From positions 1 through 64,000 of IMG/VR virus record IMGVR_UViG_2593339199_000002: a stretch of 64,000 nt of DNA. One strand, written 5' to 3'. The DNA comes from a virus (Duplodnaviria > Caudoviricetes). How positions within the stretch are numbered: position 1 is the first letter of the stretch; every line of letters starts with the position of its first letter. This document shows, piece by piece, positions 29,604 to 40,925 of this stretch. Position numbers and translations under genes: made by a program. The notes under the pieces were generated by a model. The model searched no databases. It was not told where the DNA came from and saw only the letters and a program-made list of their open reading frames with translations.

Positions 29604-30098
29604 TTACTCGTCGTCGTCCTCATCATTATCATATTCATCAACATCAACCAACTGAATTTGCGGCCTGAAGTCATTTCTCTGGTAATCGCGAAGGCTGCTT
29701 TCCACGTCATGATACACGACCCAATCCTCGGCCGTCAGATCTTCGCTGTCCGCAAGATACTCGGTCGGATCATGACCTTCACGCAGGATCTGCTCCATAA
29801 TCACGCCGGTCTGCTCGTCCTGCTGCAGATAGAAGTCTCTGCTTCCGGCGCGGGTGACCTTCCATCCGGACTTCACTAATCGTAATGCCACACAGAAATC
29901 GAAGGTTGATGCGTAATGCAGATCCTCGTCGCTCGGCACGATGATCAGCACCTTGCTGTCGCCGAACTGCTCGTGCCATGCTTGTGCCAGAGACGCCGCG
30001 CATTCATACGTCATGTCGCCTGCTTTGAGTGCATAGACGCCCTGCACGTACTGCGCTTGCTTAATGTAATGCTCCAGCATCTCCATTATGCGGCCCAC
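29604..30098 (-). CDS. Hypothetical protein (DUF2829-like segment, acidic tail)
   Basis: FDF..AL..VK.G.KV.R.G...DL.AEDW. Confidence 0.5.
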   Translation of the reverse strand: MGRIMEMLEHYIKQAQYVQGVYALKAGDMTYECAASLAQAWHEQFGDSKVLIIVPSDEDLHYASTFDFCVALRLVKSGWKVTRAGSRDFYLQQDEQTGVIMEQILREGHDPTEYLADSEDLTAEDWVVYHDVESSLRDYQRNDFRPQIQLVDVDEYDNDEDDDE

Positions 30099-30685
30099 AC
30101 CTCTCCGCTCTCTGGATTCACCATCGACAGCTTGCCTCCGAAGACACTTCCTGTATCGATAAACAGCTGATCGTGATGCAGCACGACGTTATCCACCGGC
30201 GTATGCCCATGCACGACGATCTTGCCGACATCGCACTTGCCCATGAATCTGGTCCAGATCAGGTCCTGCTGCCGCTGTTTATGAAGCGGGATGCAAGGTA
30301 TTACACCTGCATGAACGAAGATGAACTTGTCCGTCTCGTGATACCATTTCAGATTCTCCTGCATCCAATTGATATCTGAATAGAATGATTCGTTTTTCCC
30401 GCCATACGACTGAATGGTCTTATCGCCGCCATTGAACGTCCAGACCTCACCGTATTCCTCATGATGAATCATCATGTCATCGTGATTGCCGCGGAGCGCG
30501 ATCGCTCCCTTTTCGACTAATTCCTTGACCAGCTCGATGACCTGCCTGCTGCTTGGTCCCCGATCCGTGTAATCCCCACACAGAATCAGTTGATCATTGG
30601 CAGGATCGTAGCTGCATTTCTCGAGTAGTTCCACCAGCTGCTTATGCTGGCCGTGTATATCGCTACATGCAAGTAGACGCTTCAT
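30086..30685 (-). CDS. Ser/Thr protein phosphatase (metallophosphoesterase)
   Basis: SDIHG, GDYTDRG, GNHD, HAG, HGHTP and IDTG motifs. Confidence 0.92.
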   Translation of the reverse strand: MKRLLACSDIHGQHKQLVELLEKCSYDPANDQLILCGDYTDRGPSSRQVIELVKELVEKGAIALRGNHDDMMIHHEEYGEVWTFNGGDKTIQSYGGKNESFYSDINWMQENLKWYHETDKFIFVHAGVIPCIPLHKQRQQDLIWTRFMGKCDVGKIVVHGHTPVDNVVLHHDQLFIDTGSVFGGKLSMVNPESGEVWAA

Positions 30686-30970
30686 GATGCCCTCTCCCCC
30701 GATTCTAGTCGTTCATCAGCCACTCCTCTGTCGTCGTCATTCCACGAGCTGCACGCTTCTCCTCTCGGGCTTGGAACTTGACCAGCGCCTTTGGATCCAT
30801 CTCCCACTCATCGTGCGCCATCGGGCCTCCTGGCTCGTGAAATGACATCATCTGACGAGCCTTCTGCCCCGCCTGCTTCACTTTCGAAAAGCCACTGAAT
30901 GCATGCTTAAAGATTGGGTTTGCTGTAACTGCACGGTTGCTGAGTAACACCGCGATCACCTCCTTTCGGA

Positions 30971-31312
30971 TTAGTCGCGGGTGCCTGCCTTTCGCTTCAT
31001 GCGCGCATTCTTCTTGTAGATGCTGCGCCTTGTGCCGCAGGCTGCGCAGTATACCGTCTCACGGTCATTCTCTTTGCCACACATGACGCAGAGTCCCTGA
31101 TCCAATCGCTCGGCATATTTCTTCCTCTGGAAATGCTTCTGGCACAATCCCAATCCGTAGAGCTTGTTGCCACAGCCTTCCTCGCTGCACGTTCCCGCTT
31201 CCTTGCGCATGATCGCATTCGCATCCCCATGACGAAGCTCACGCCGATAGTGCGTCCAGCACTTGCCCCTGGCCACTACTTTTTTAGTACATCCCTCAAT
31301 GCTGCAGCTCAT
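30971..31312 (-). CDS. Zinc-finger protein (CSxEGC...CxxH twice, then CxxC pairs)
   Basis: Cys/His pattern; first gene after the leftward promoter. Confidence 0.7.
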   Translation of the reverse strand: MSCSIEGCTKKVVARGKCWTHYRRELRHGDANAIMRKEAGTCSEEGCGNKLYGLGLCQKHFQRKKYAERLDQGLCVMCGKENDRETVYCAACGTRRSIYKKNARMKRKAGTRD

Positions 31313-31337
31313 TTACTTCCCTTCCTTTCATTATCAT

Positions 31338-31366
31338 ATTGTAATGCATTACATTGTTGTTGACAA
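31338..31366 (-). promoter_or_regulatory. SigA-like leftward promoter overlapped by the TGTAATGCATTACA palindrome
   Basis: Minus-strand TTGTCA-N17-TACAAT; palindrome at 31340-31353. Confidence 0.6.
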
Positions 31367-31615
31367 GCTCAAGAGACCCTATAGAAGCTTGAAACTTGGA
31401 TAAAAAAATTTGGCCATCAGCATGCCCAGTTGACACTTGCCACATGACCCTATAAAGGAGCAATTTTTGCAAAAAAATTGCGGGCGGTAGTAGGTATCTA
31501 TGCGTTGCAGCGCACTGATCGTTCGGTGCCCCACCCCTTCTCATATGAGGGCATCAACGCACACATCTGGGTTGGCAGTGATCCCATAAAACTGACCATC
31601 GAAAGGAGTCATACC

Positions 31616-32179
31616 ATGACTACAGCAACGACAGCAGCAAAGACGAGCATTACGGACCGGTTTAACGCAGCATACCAAGGCGCAACACGCGTCCTTGGCA
31701 GCGCAAAGGTAACGGCACACGGTTATGCAACAGCAGGTGCAGTGGCAACGGCAGCCTATGCGGGCAGAGCATGCAAGGGCATCGAGTCCTTCTTCTCCAA
31801 GGCATGGGCATACACCAAGAAGGCCGTGACCTTCCTTGGTATTGATGCGCACACGGCAACGATCGGTGCAGCAGCAGCGGCAGTAGCAGGCGCAGTCGTA
31901 GGCTATACAGGCGCAGCTACACTTCTCGGCGCAACGGCAGCGGTAGCCGGTTATGCATCCTTGATTGCCATCCCGATGATGGCCCTGTACCTCGTACTCA
32001 ACAAGTCCTACCGCAAGGATAAGGGATGGCTCAAGGGCATCTTCGGTGCCATGAACGCAGCAACCCTTGTTCCATTTGCTGTTGTCTACGGCGCATACTA
32101 CGTGGCTAAGGCGCTAGCCTATGCCGGCGTATACGGCATGACTGCATCCAACATGGGTGCAGCATTCCTGGTCCTCTAA
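31616..32179 (+). CDS. Ala-rich membrane protein, first gene of the rightward arm
   Basis: AAAGGAG RBS; several hydrophobic helices. Confidence 0.7.
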   Translation: MTTATTAAKTSITDRFNAAYQGATRVLGSAKVTAHGYATAGAVATAAYAGRACKGIESFFSKAWAYTKKAVTFLGIDAHTATIGAAAAAVAGAVVGYTGAATLLGATAAVAGYASLIAIPMMALYLVLNKSYRKDKGWLKGIFGAMNAATLVPFAVVYGAYYVAKALAYAGVYGMTASNMGAAFLVL

Positions 32180-32616
32180 GAGGCGCACAGGATGCGGGTA
32201 TTCATGCATCTCCCTGACGTGATGACGACGGATGACGGGATGTGTAGGGGATACCAGGCGCGGCTACTGGCATGCGCGCCATACAAGTACATGAGCGGTC
32301 GTGATGATACCTACGTAGTGGTATCCGCACTGGTAACTAGCGCATAGATACCCGGGTATATGCCAGCCGCACTGGTGTACGTGATAGCCCCCATGTATAG
32401 GGGCTTGTTGTGGTGCGCATATAACACCCTTTGCCGTATAGCGGGAATCACCCGCCGGCTCTGGATTTACTGAGGTTTTATCCTCTTGGCGGGGCTCATG
32501 CAAGACGATTCGTGCTATATAAGCAAAATCCTATTTTCCTATTTTCCTATTGATTCCCAAATTAACCGGGCCGACGTATAGGCCACAAATAACCGATCTT
32601 AAAGGAGACTATCCAC

Positions 32617-35600
32617 ATGACAACTCAATCCGCAACCAACAACACATTCACTTCCGCAGCTGACGTACTCGGCGCACTGGCTACATTCCCGGGCATCCGT
32701 GAAGGCGGCAAGAACTTCGATGCAGTGATCAACGCAATGGTAGAGGGCAACAGCCTGCTGAACGTGCTTCATGATCCAACCGGCATTGCAGGGATCGCGC
32801 CACAGCAAGCTCACCACTTTGCCCGCTTCGTTGCAGCACATGAGCTGCCAGATCACCTAAAGCCGAAGAAGCGTGATGCCATTCAGACCCTGATCGCGGA
32901 TATCAACTTCATGACGCGGGATGCCGATGGATGGCTGGTATCGACGCTTAAGTACAATGATCCAACTCGCGACAATGGCTTTGATTTCAAATCCGAGAAT
33001 CAAATGGCAGATACCTTCGCCTCCGAGCCGGTCGTGCTGCAGATCCGCAAGAAGCTGAGCAAGGGTGAAATGGTTGTTGAGAAGCGGGCCCGCCTCATGC
33101 ATGACATCGTAACGGTGAAGATGAACTGGATCCTGGAAGAAGGCCAATCCGAGTTCACGGCAGAGCAGCTGTCGGTTCACAAGGAGCTGAATGAGAAAGG
33201 CTTCAAACTGATCATCAACGGCCAAGAGAAATACGCGAAGATGATTCAGCAAACGAACAGCCAAGCACGCCAAGTGATGGAGAACTTCCTGGTGTGCGAT
33301 AACGAGTTCGATGCGGTTCCTGACTTCTTCATGAAGCTCGGCCACAACCTGATTGCCTATGCCAAGAAGAACGCTGATGGCACCATGACGATCGATTGCA
33401 CCAAGTACATGAGCCGTATTGGTCTGTCCGGCACCAGCTCCGTGAATACCCGCTCCATCTCGATCGGCAGCGATATCCAAGAGAATGACGAGCTCTACAG
33501 CGTGGTGGGCGGCAACTTCACGATGCGTATTCAACCCGACGTCCATGTGAAGATCCGCACGGGCCAATACAAAGTCATGAATGCGCAGACACACGAGTTT
33601 GAGGTATTCGATGCAGCGAACCATCCGGTTGATATGGTTGCCGGCGACGGCCTGATCTTCGTAAACGAGCGCGTCTATAAGGCACTCGTAGCGGAGCATG
33701 GCGTAGACGTTGACGCATGGCAAGTTCGTATCACGCCGTTTGGTAAGGGACTGGCTGTCTATGTCCCTGGGCTTGAGAAAACATTCGCAGAGGATATCGT
33801 CGCATTCAATTCCGCGATCAAAGGCGACTTCCGTGATGTTGTAGGCGCACACAAGATCCAATTCCGTATCGCGTTGTTCAACAAGCCGGCGAAGAAAGTG
33901 AAGAAGTTTACGGAGTATCCTTACCAATTCGTGCATGGCACGTCCCTGACGGCAGAGGACATGATGGAGCTGGTTCGCCCGCATGTCGATAAAGTCGTTG
34001 AGATGCTGCAGGATGCAGATAAGCTGAAAGAATACCTCGGCATGGATCACCTTGATGGCGCATCTGATGAGCAGCTGGACAAGGCTCTCGTGACGACACT
34101 AATGACATTCCTGCATGAGGCACCATTCACGTATAAGGACGTGCAAATGAAGAAGTTCGCCGTGCAGCATGTCATGGACATGATCAAGAATTGGGTGGTC
34201 GGCTCCATCCCGATCCGCGGCAACTACAAGTTCATGGTGCATGATCCTATCGCAATCGTCGATGCGATTGCCTTGGACCGCAAGCTCCCAGGCAAGCTGC
34301 GTGATGAAGACGGCAATATTTCGATTCCTTCTAACCTGGGTCTGTCCGCCGGCACTGTGGTCGTCCGTGACCTGAAGGACGCTTATATAGAAGGTGAAGT
34401 CGGCATGCAGCGGAATCCACTCATCGCTAAGAGTGAATCCGCATTCGCTATGGCCGTGAAAGACGTTAAATATGCGCGTGCCGGCCACTACCGTAACCTG
34501 TGCATCATGAGCGTGCATGACTTTAATACGGCCAAGCAAGGTGGCGCCGATAATGATGGTGACAAGACGCTGGTGGTTTATGATCAAACGATCATCAAGG
34601 CAATCAAGCGCAATGCTCACCTCCCTGCCCTGCTCGATGTGCATGTCGTGGAATACAACGACGGCGAGCCTGTGTTCGACAGCGGCTGCCCGAAAACATG
34701 GAGCAAGGCACCGGAGAACGTCTACGAGATTCCCGCTTCCATGATCGTGAAACAATCGGGCTTCAAGGTAACCTTCAACAAGGATCAGTACAATGATGCG
34801 CTCATCAATGAGCTTCACAAACTGACCAAGAACTACATCACTCGCACGCTGAAGCCAAACCAAATCGGCATGCTGACGAACTATGCAACCAAGCTTGCTG
34901 ATGCTGTCCGCGCCATGGGCTATCAGTATGCACTCGGCGTGAATGCAGAAGGCAACGCCCTGACGGCAGAGGACAAGAAAGAGCTGCTCGGCAAGGTCAA
35001 GCAATTCGAGCAATGGATCGACCTGCTCCGCCTGTGCCAAGGCTGGGAGATCGATGCCGCTAAACACGGCGGCGCATTCTGGGATGAATTGGCCAACGAA
35101 CTGTCCTTCATCCAAGATCCTCCGAAGGAAGTCGGCTACGTGAACAAGAAGGGTGTTGCCGTATGGTACACGCCTGACTGGATGGGTGCACGCAACGAGA
35201 AAGAGCATGCAGTGGCAACCGGCTCCGTATTGTCCCGCGTGTTCACGGATATGGTGAAAGAGCGTGCTGGCATCCAGGCATCGGTTTCTGAACTGGACAA
35301 GCGGAATGAAGGGACCAACATTTTCTACGAGTTGAACGCAGCGATTGCCATGACGCCAGAGCGCATGGATGCTTTGAAGCCATCGATCGTCGAGATCGAC
35401 CGTGAATATCGTCTGGGCATCAAGCAGCTGATGGAGAAAGAAGCAGCTGCCAAGGAGCGGGCGATTGCCGCGGCGGACGGTAACAAGCAAAAGCTCGAAT
35501 ACTATCTGGAATTGGTGAAGCAGCAGTCCAAAGAAGAACGCGAGATGCTGATCGAATCCTGCGCTGGTCAACTTGAGCGCCTGGAAGATGTATTCCTGCC

Positions 35601-36042
35601 TGAAGAGATCGGCTTCGTTGCTTACAAGGTGGCGTATATCGATAACAAGTCCGAGTCCACGACTTTCCCATGGACTGCAGCGAAGCGTCAGCTGCTGGCG
35701 GCATGCCAAGTAGCTGCAGGCACGATTCCTACTCGCTTGCCACAGATTGCTACACGCAAAGCGGATGTAGAAATTAAGATGCAGCTGGTTAACCCACGTT
35801 CGGCTGATCTGATTGCGAAAGCGGTCCGTAACGGCTACATGGACGTGAAACTGGTTGAAGATCAGCTGACAGGCATGATGCAATACGCTGTAGGCGTAGA
35901 GAATGTGCTGCTCGGCTATGTGTACCACAATTCGGCTATCTGGTTCAACGGCATGAACCTGGGACGCGTACACTTCACCACTGGCCGCAACCTGTCCGAT
36001 AAATCGGTAGCCATTGCAGCAACTCACATTCAACTTGCTTAA
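32617..36042 (+). CDS. YonO-like single-subunit two-barrel RNA polymerase (cellular RdRP-like family)
   Basis: GDG, QVR...KG, RNP and catalytic GADNDGDK (DxDGD) motifs in a 1141-aa protein. Confidence 0.85.
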   Translation: MTTQSATNNTFTSAADVLGALATFPGIREGGKNFDAVINAMVEGNSLLNVLHDPTGIAGIAPQQAHHFARFVAAHELPDHLKPKKRDAIQTLIADINFMTRDADGWLVSTLKYNDPTRDNGFDFKSENQMADTFASEPVVLQIRKKLSKGEMVVEKRARLMHDIVTVKMNWILEEGQSEFTAEQLSVHKELNEKGFKLIINGQEKYAKMIQQTNSQARQVMENFLVCDNEFDAVPDFFMKLGHNLIAYAKKNADGTMTIDCTKYMSRIGLSGTSSVNTRSISIGSDIQENDELYSVVGGNFTMRIQPDVHVKIRTGQYKVMNAQTHEFEVFDAANHPVDMVAGDGLIFVNERVYKALVAEHGVDVDAWQVRITPFGKGLAVYVPGLEKTFAEDIVAFNSAIKGDFRDVVGAHKIQFRIALFNKPAKKVKKFTEYPYQFVHGTSLTAEDMMELVRPHVDKVVEMLQDADKLKEYLGMDHLDGASDEQLDKALVTTLMTFLHEAPFTYKDVQMKKFAVQHVMDMIKNWVVGSIPIRGNYKFMVHDPIAIVDAIALDRKLPGKLRDEDGNISIPSNLGLSAGTVVVRDLKDAYIEGEVGMQRNPLIAKSESAFAMAVKDVKYARAGHYRNLCIMSVHDFNTAKQGGADNDGDKTLVVYDQTIIKAIKRNAHLPALLDVHVVEYNDGEPVFDSGCPKTWSKAPENVYEIPASMIVKQSGFKVTFNKDQYNDALINELHKLTKNYITRTLKPNQIGMLTNYATKLADAVRAMGYQYALGVNAEGNALTAEDKKELLGKVKQFEQWIDLLRLCQGWEIDAAKHGGAFWDELANELSFIQDPPKEVGYVNKKGVAVWYTPDWMGARNEKEHAVATGSVLSRVFTDMVKERAGIQASVSELDKRNEGTNIFYELNAAIAMTPERMDALKPSIVEIDREYRLGIKQLMEKEAAAKERAIAAADGNKQKLEYYLELVKQQSKEEREMLIESCAGQLERLEDVFLPEEIGFVAYKVAYIDNKSESTTFPWTAAKRQLLAACQVAAGTIPTRLPQIATRKADVEIKMQLVNPRSADLIAKAVRNGYMDVKLVEDQLTGMMQYAVGVENVLLGYVYHNSAIWFNGMNLGRVHFTTGRNLSDKSVAIAATHIQLA

Positions 36043-36602
36043 TCATTGATGCATGGGGAGGGCACTGTCTCTCCCCCACCCTTCGGGTATGCATACAGCT
36101 GATAAGTCATCGCTGCACCTGCGTCACGCATGAGCCTCGCCAAGAGCATACAACCTCACCTCTGCCCCATCGGCATCCCACATGCCCATGCCTGTCCCAT
36201 GACCATACCCATGCGAACACGATGCGGCCACCTCCACCCTGTCAACTTGGGGTAACTCAGCAATCTTTGCCCAGCGACATGACACCATGCCCAGAGGGGG
36301 CCACAGCAGGTTCGTTCCCGCTTCATGTGTCCAGCTCACCGAGCATCCTGGGGTTGAAAATTGGAAATTCGCATCCCGCTTCTGCATCCGGATGATCGTG
36401 CTTCTTTATGGCCATGATGCTGATATGATCATGCCTTCGGATAGGTGCGATGAGACACGCTAGAGGGGCGCCTGACGGCGCTGTTCATCTCGATGTATCA
36501 TTCGTGCATCAAGAAGCTATTGACGCTATACGTGGCACAGGAGAGCGGCTGACGCCGCATTTCATCTTGAGGCTAAACTACGTGCAAGGAGAGATGTTTA
36601 TC

Positions 36603-36983
36603 ATGCAAGCGACTGTTAATGCGACTATTACCGAGATCAATAAGCTCACCTGGAAGGTTGAAGGCGTGCATACGGTTTATGTGCGTGCAATCCGTGATGC
36701 TGTGGATCCATGGTTCAACTACTATATCCTTGATTCCTTGGAATCTGAACGTGTCCTGCATTCTGTTGATGACCATGATTCCTTCCCTGATGATCAGGCG
36801 ATGAATGAGGCACTTGCATGGGCAGTGCTCTATGCAGAAGGTGGTATCGAGGACGATAGCATCAATGAAAGTGCTACGTGCGAGGAAGGCGACATGGACG
36901 ATTACGATGCTCGTGAGGAAGGTCCCTTCGGTGGTGCCTTTGCTGACTGGGATGATTACTATCGTTACATTGGTGCTATCTAG
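36603..36983 (+). CDS. Acidic hypothetical protein
   Basis: AAGGAG RBS; very D/E-rich C-terminus. Confidence 0.6.
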   Translation: MQATVNATITEINKLTWKVEGVHTVYVRAIRDAVDPWFNYYILDSLESERVLHSVDDHDSFPDDQAMNEALAWAVLYAEGGIEDDSINESATCEEGDMDDYDAREEGPFGGAFADWDDYYRYIGAI

Positions 36984-38585
36984 TATCTATGCTCTAGTAT
37001 CTATGCTCTCTATATGCTTCATGCGTATAGGGAGCTTCTTTCCTTTCCCGCTCCCCCGCTTGCCCCTGCTGTGATGGGCGTCTGACGCCGCTCTTCATCA
37101 TGATCGATCAAAATCGTCCATCCTTCCCCCTTCCTATTTCCTCTGAATGGAGGCTTGTTATGAAACCGAATCAACCTGATGCGCTGGCTTTGTTCAGCAG
37201 CATCGTGCGTTTAATGCAGATGAGCGAAACGAATGAGGTGCCTATCGCTACATGCCATGCTATGCATTTGGAGTTTACGAATGACCGTATGTGCTATGAC
37301 GAAGCAGTTGCTCTTATGGATATGCTTGTTGCTCGTAACTATCTATCTGTGCGTGTTGGGCAATGGGGAGTCAAGATGTTGTCTCCTACTTCTTATGGAC
37401 ATGAGCGATTAGCTTTGTATTCCTCTCCCGCTTCCCCGCCGCCCCTTCGGTCTTGATATGCCTGACGGCATGATGCATTCCGATGAATAATCCCTACGTG
37501 GAGGTATGCTTGATGAAACTTGAAAATATGCAGTCCCATGCGGATGCCCTTAATAATACGATTGCAAGCACATGCGACTATTGCGGTGCATGTGATACGT
37601 GTGCTGAATACATCTATCTTACGCAAGACATCGCTTTTGAGAAGCAGGTGCAGCGTGCTCCTTCTCATGTTCGCCTCGATCTCCGTCGGTCATATCATGA
37701 ATCAGATTGGGTTCTTCTATAAGTGCCTGACGGCATGATTCATTGTGATGTAATGTGCTACAATGTGCACATGGGCATATCTGATTATTAAGTTTCATCC
37801 GTATTGCTTATTGCCTGATTATCATCCAGTACATAATGTGAGGTGATTGGCATGGAGATTAATATGTATTCTGTTTCCGCCGATATGGATGCATCTGATT
37901 TGCATACCGCTGCAATGCCGTATGGTCAAGCGAAGTTTATGTACGATCGCTGGAAGGCTGATCCGGAAGTGTTCAACGTTATTATGTATCGGCATGAAGG
38001 CGACAAGAAGATCATGCTTGGACCAAGTGAGGTTTAATTGTGGAGCTCGTTTCTGAATACTGTCATGTGCGTCAATCGTTTATGCTGCATGATATCGAGG
38101 TGCGTGTTGGTGACTATGTAGGTTTTACCTATACTTCTCCTACTTCCTCTACTCGGATATTAGGCTATGTTCATGGCTTTGATCTTTCCGCCGGCCTGAT
38201 GTTTGTGATCATCTCTGGGAAGCATGCTGTGTATGGGTATTCCTTGGACCAGGTGAAGGATCTTTACTTTCCAGAGGAGGACGAATAGTTGGGTAGGCAT
38301 CAAATGCGTAAGAAACTCCGTCATGGCGGAGAGTTATCCATTTTCTCATGGATCGGCCTGCTGGTTTTTGCATGCATCGCTTTATCGTTTCATGCAACGC
38401 GCCTCGTTTTTATCAGCTTATTCGGAAGCATATTGATTTGCACGCTACTAGAGAAGCTGTATAAACGTGCGTTTCGCAAGGATCCCCCTCAAGCTCTCTT
38501 CTATACGTTATTGGTTTTATGCGCGGTTGGACTTGCGATTGCGTATATGGTGATTACGGATATGGATTCCTTGTTTTTGTAGCTG

Positions 38586-38626
38586 AGTCACACTGCTCTT
38601 ATCTAGGGCAGTGTGACTTTTTTTAT
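38586..38626 (+). terminator. Intrinsic terminator
   Basis: AGTCACACTGC...GCAGTGTGACT followed by a T-tract. Confidence 0.8.
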
Positions 38627-38945
38627 TCCCGCGCCCTCCCCCATTAATCGTGAAAGGTTGTGACCACATGAACATGAAACACCTGAAGGATCATGGCGTC
38701 TATATCGGCTTCTACCGGGAGCATGGTTTCGTCTATGGTATCCCCAATGGCCAATTCGACCCTGTTACAAGAGAGAAACGTTTCAGCTTCTATGGGCTGC
38801 ATAATGGCAAGATCAATCATATCCGCAAGGATCAGCTTCATACGTTATTTACCGAAGAGGTTCTTACGGCCGGTTAGGACTATACGTTGCATTGATAGAG
38901 TGGTAAAATGTCCCTATGTCTTTTTGCCTATACTTTAATTGGGAG

Positions 38946-39308
38946 ATGTTTAGTTTGAAATTCAAGATGATCGCGGCTGCTGCATTGGCGGCTGTATTGC
39001 TTGCGGGTTGTACGTCCAGAGAGGATAAAGCGGAGCAGTTCGCTATTGATGGCCTTATTGACTTCAATCACGGCGACGTGGAATCCTTCACCGTAGAAAG
39101 CTCCGGTATCGATCGGGATGATTACCTGATGACACGCTATCGATTCTATGGCACCGTCGTCTATAAGGGTAAGACGATACATAATGCATTTGCGATCGCC
39201 CAGTACAATAAAACCACCGACGATCCCCGCTGGGCCTTTGGTGGATGTAACTGTGTCCAGCTCGAAGAAGCTTACGAGTCCGGAAACAGCACTGCAAGTA
39301 ACCGTTAA
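38946..39308 (+). CDS. Lipoprotein
   Basis: Signal peptide with LAGC lipobox. Confidence 0.7.
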   Translation: MFSLKFKMIAAAALAAVLLAGCTSREDKAEQFAIDGLIDFNHGDVESFTVESSGIDRDDYLMTRYRFYGTVVYKGKTIHNAFAIAQYNKTTDDPRWAFGGCNCVQLEEAYESGNSTASNR

Positions 39309-40925
39309 GGCTGGGTGTATAATCATGACGGAACAGCAACGCATTTCCCTCGATGTTTTCCGCGCCCTGGCTTTTCTTTGCCGTTCGCTATATCCCCTTT
39401 ACGATGGTGTGAACCGGTATGCATGGCGACAGCAGCATCTGCTTGATGGTACAGTAAGCATTAGCCATGATGACTTCGGTAAGATTGTTTATTCCCTCGT
39501 TACACATGGCTATGTGGAATACCATGCAGGCAAAGGCTTGTATCGTCCTGCTACTACAGCCATTCAGCGTATGGAGGAGATCGATTCTGGAGCTCATTGA
39601 GTCATACTTGGCCTTTATCCCCGGCGAGCTATACTACTTCGTTTGTGACAATATTGCCTATCGTGCTGTATACGTGAACTCGTTTGATGAGAATGATGGT
39701 GTGCCTTGCGGATTGCATCATCGCTTCTCCCCGTGCCTCCAGTTCGACGTGGGCCAGGACTATATGATCGGCAAGCAGTCGGTCATGTTCTTTCTCACGT
39801 TTCAGCTGCAGCAATGCTACATGGTTTCGCGGCCAAATGAATGGGAGCCCTATATCAAGCGACTATACGGAAGGTATGGCTAGGAGGAATCTGCTTGGAA
39901 CTTGCGTCTGTCTATATAAGCATCAGCAGCTATGTCATTGGTGCGAATTATCATTTCCTCTTTTACGGCGCCCCTACTGCGGGCCGGCTGGAACGTGTCG
40001 ATGGTCCATGCTTATATTTCAGCAATGTCTCCATGCATCATGAGGCTGAGGAATATGAGCTGATCCCTTCGGATTGCTTCCATCTTGATACGATTACGGA
40101 GCTGGAGATGATCGGCGATCTTCCTATCGATTACGGCCTGATCCGCGGAGATTTCTATCGTTTTGTGCATGCCGGCTACATCTACGAAGGCGTGTATACG
40201 CGCGAGCAGAATCGCAATGGCATGGTTATGTACGAGTTTCGGAAGCTGCTCTGCACGGATAAGGATGAGCGGACATCCAGCATGCAGACGTGTACCTTCT
40301 TCCCTCATGAGCTATTAAGTCTTACGCATCTTGGGGCGGCCCGTCCGAAGCCATATATCTGAATACGAAAGGTTTGAATGATATGGAAGGCATTGGTCTC
40401 TTCCTAGCGATCGTAGCATGGATCGCCTTTATTTGTATTGTCGCTTCGGCCCGCCAGGGTCGTAACTTCGAAGTTATGAAGCCATGGATTCTGATGATCG
40501 GCAGCGCGACGTATTTCTTCTGCGGCCCGTTTCTGCTCGTGGTTAATGGCTGGTGGATCATAATGATCATCGGCGGAGGCATCTGGGGCTTGATCTATTT
40601 CATCAAATCTTCATCGAGAGGAAGTCGTTAATATGTGCGCATGTGGAACTCCGTTTCCTGTTGATTGCGATTGCCGTCCGGACTATGGGTATATCCCTGC
40701 TCATCTGGATGCACGCGCAGATTTTGATTGGCATGCTCCTGAGCCTACGGATCACTTCTCCGAAGATGATGTAACGCCTGCCATCTTCCACGCCGCCTCA
40801 TTGTTGGAGCAGCCGGCTGAAGATCCTTCGTTCTGCACATGCGGACTCGGCATTCAGCACCAGGACTGCTTCTGTCTCCCCTTCTAGTAATAGATCGTGT
40901 ATCATGATGCTATGGGGGTTGAGAG

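Larger units (their letters stand above)
37160..40887 (+). other. Cluster of about 13 small co-oriented hypothetical CDSs (early/host-takeover-type genes)
   Basis: Tightly packed ORFs with RBSs, e.g. 37160-37456, 37513-37722, 37843-38037, 38040-38288, 38668-38877, 39325-39600, 40374-40631, 40633-40887. Confidence 0.55.

Noticed and set aside
32857-36033. Long minus-strand ORFs opposite the RNAP (likewise 18462..19952 and 61880..63136)
   Set aside because: Shadow frames of clearly recognisable genes
36468-37745. Clustered repeats read as a CRISPR array or integron attC cassettes
   Set aside because: The conserved core is only about 17 bp with irregular gene-length spacing; no cas gene or integron integrase in the window
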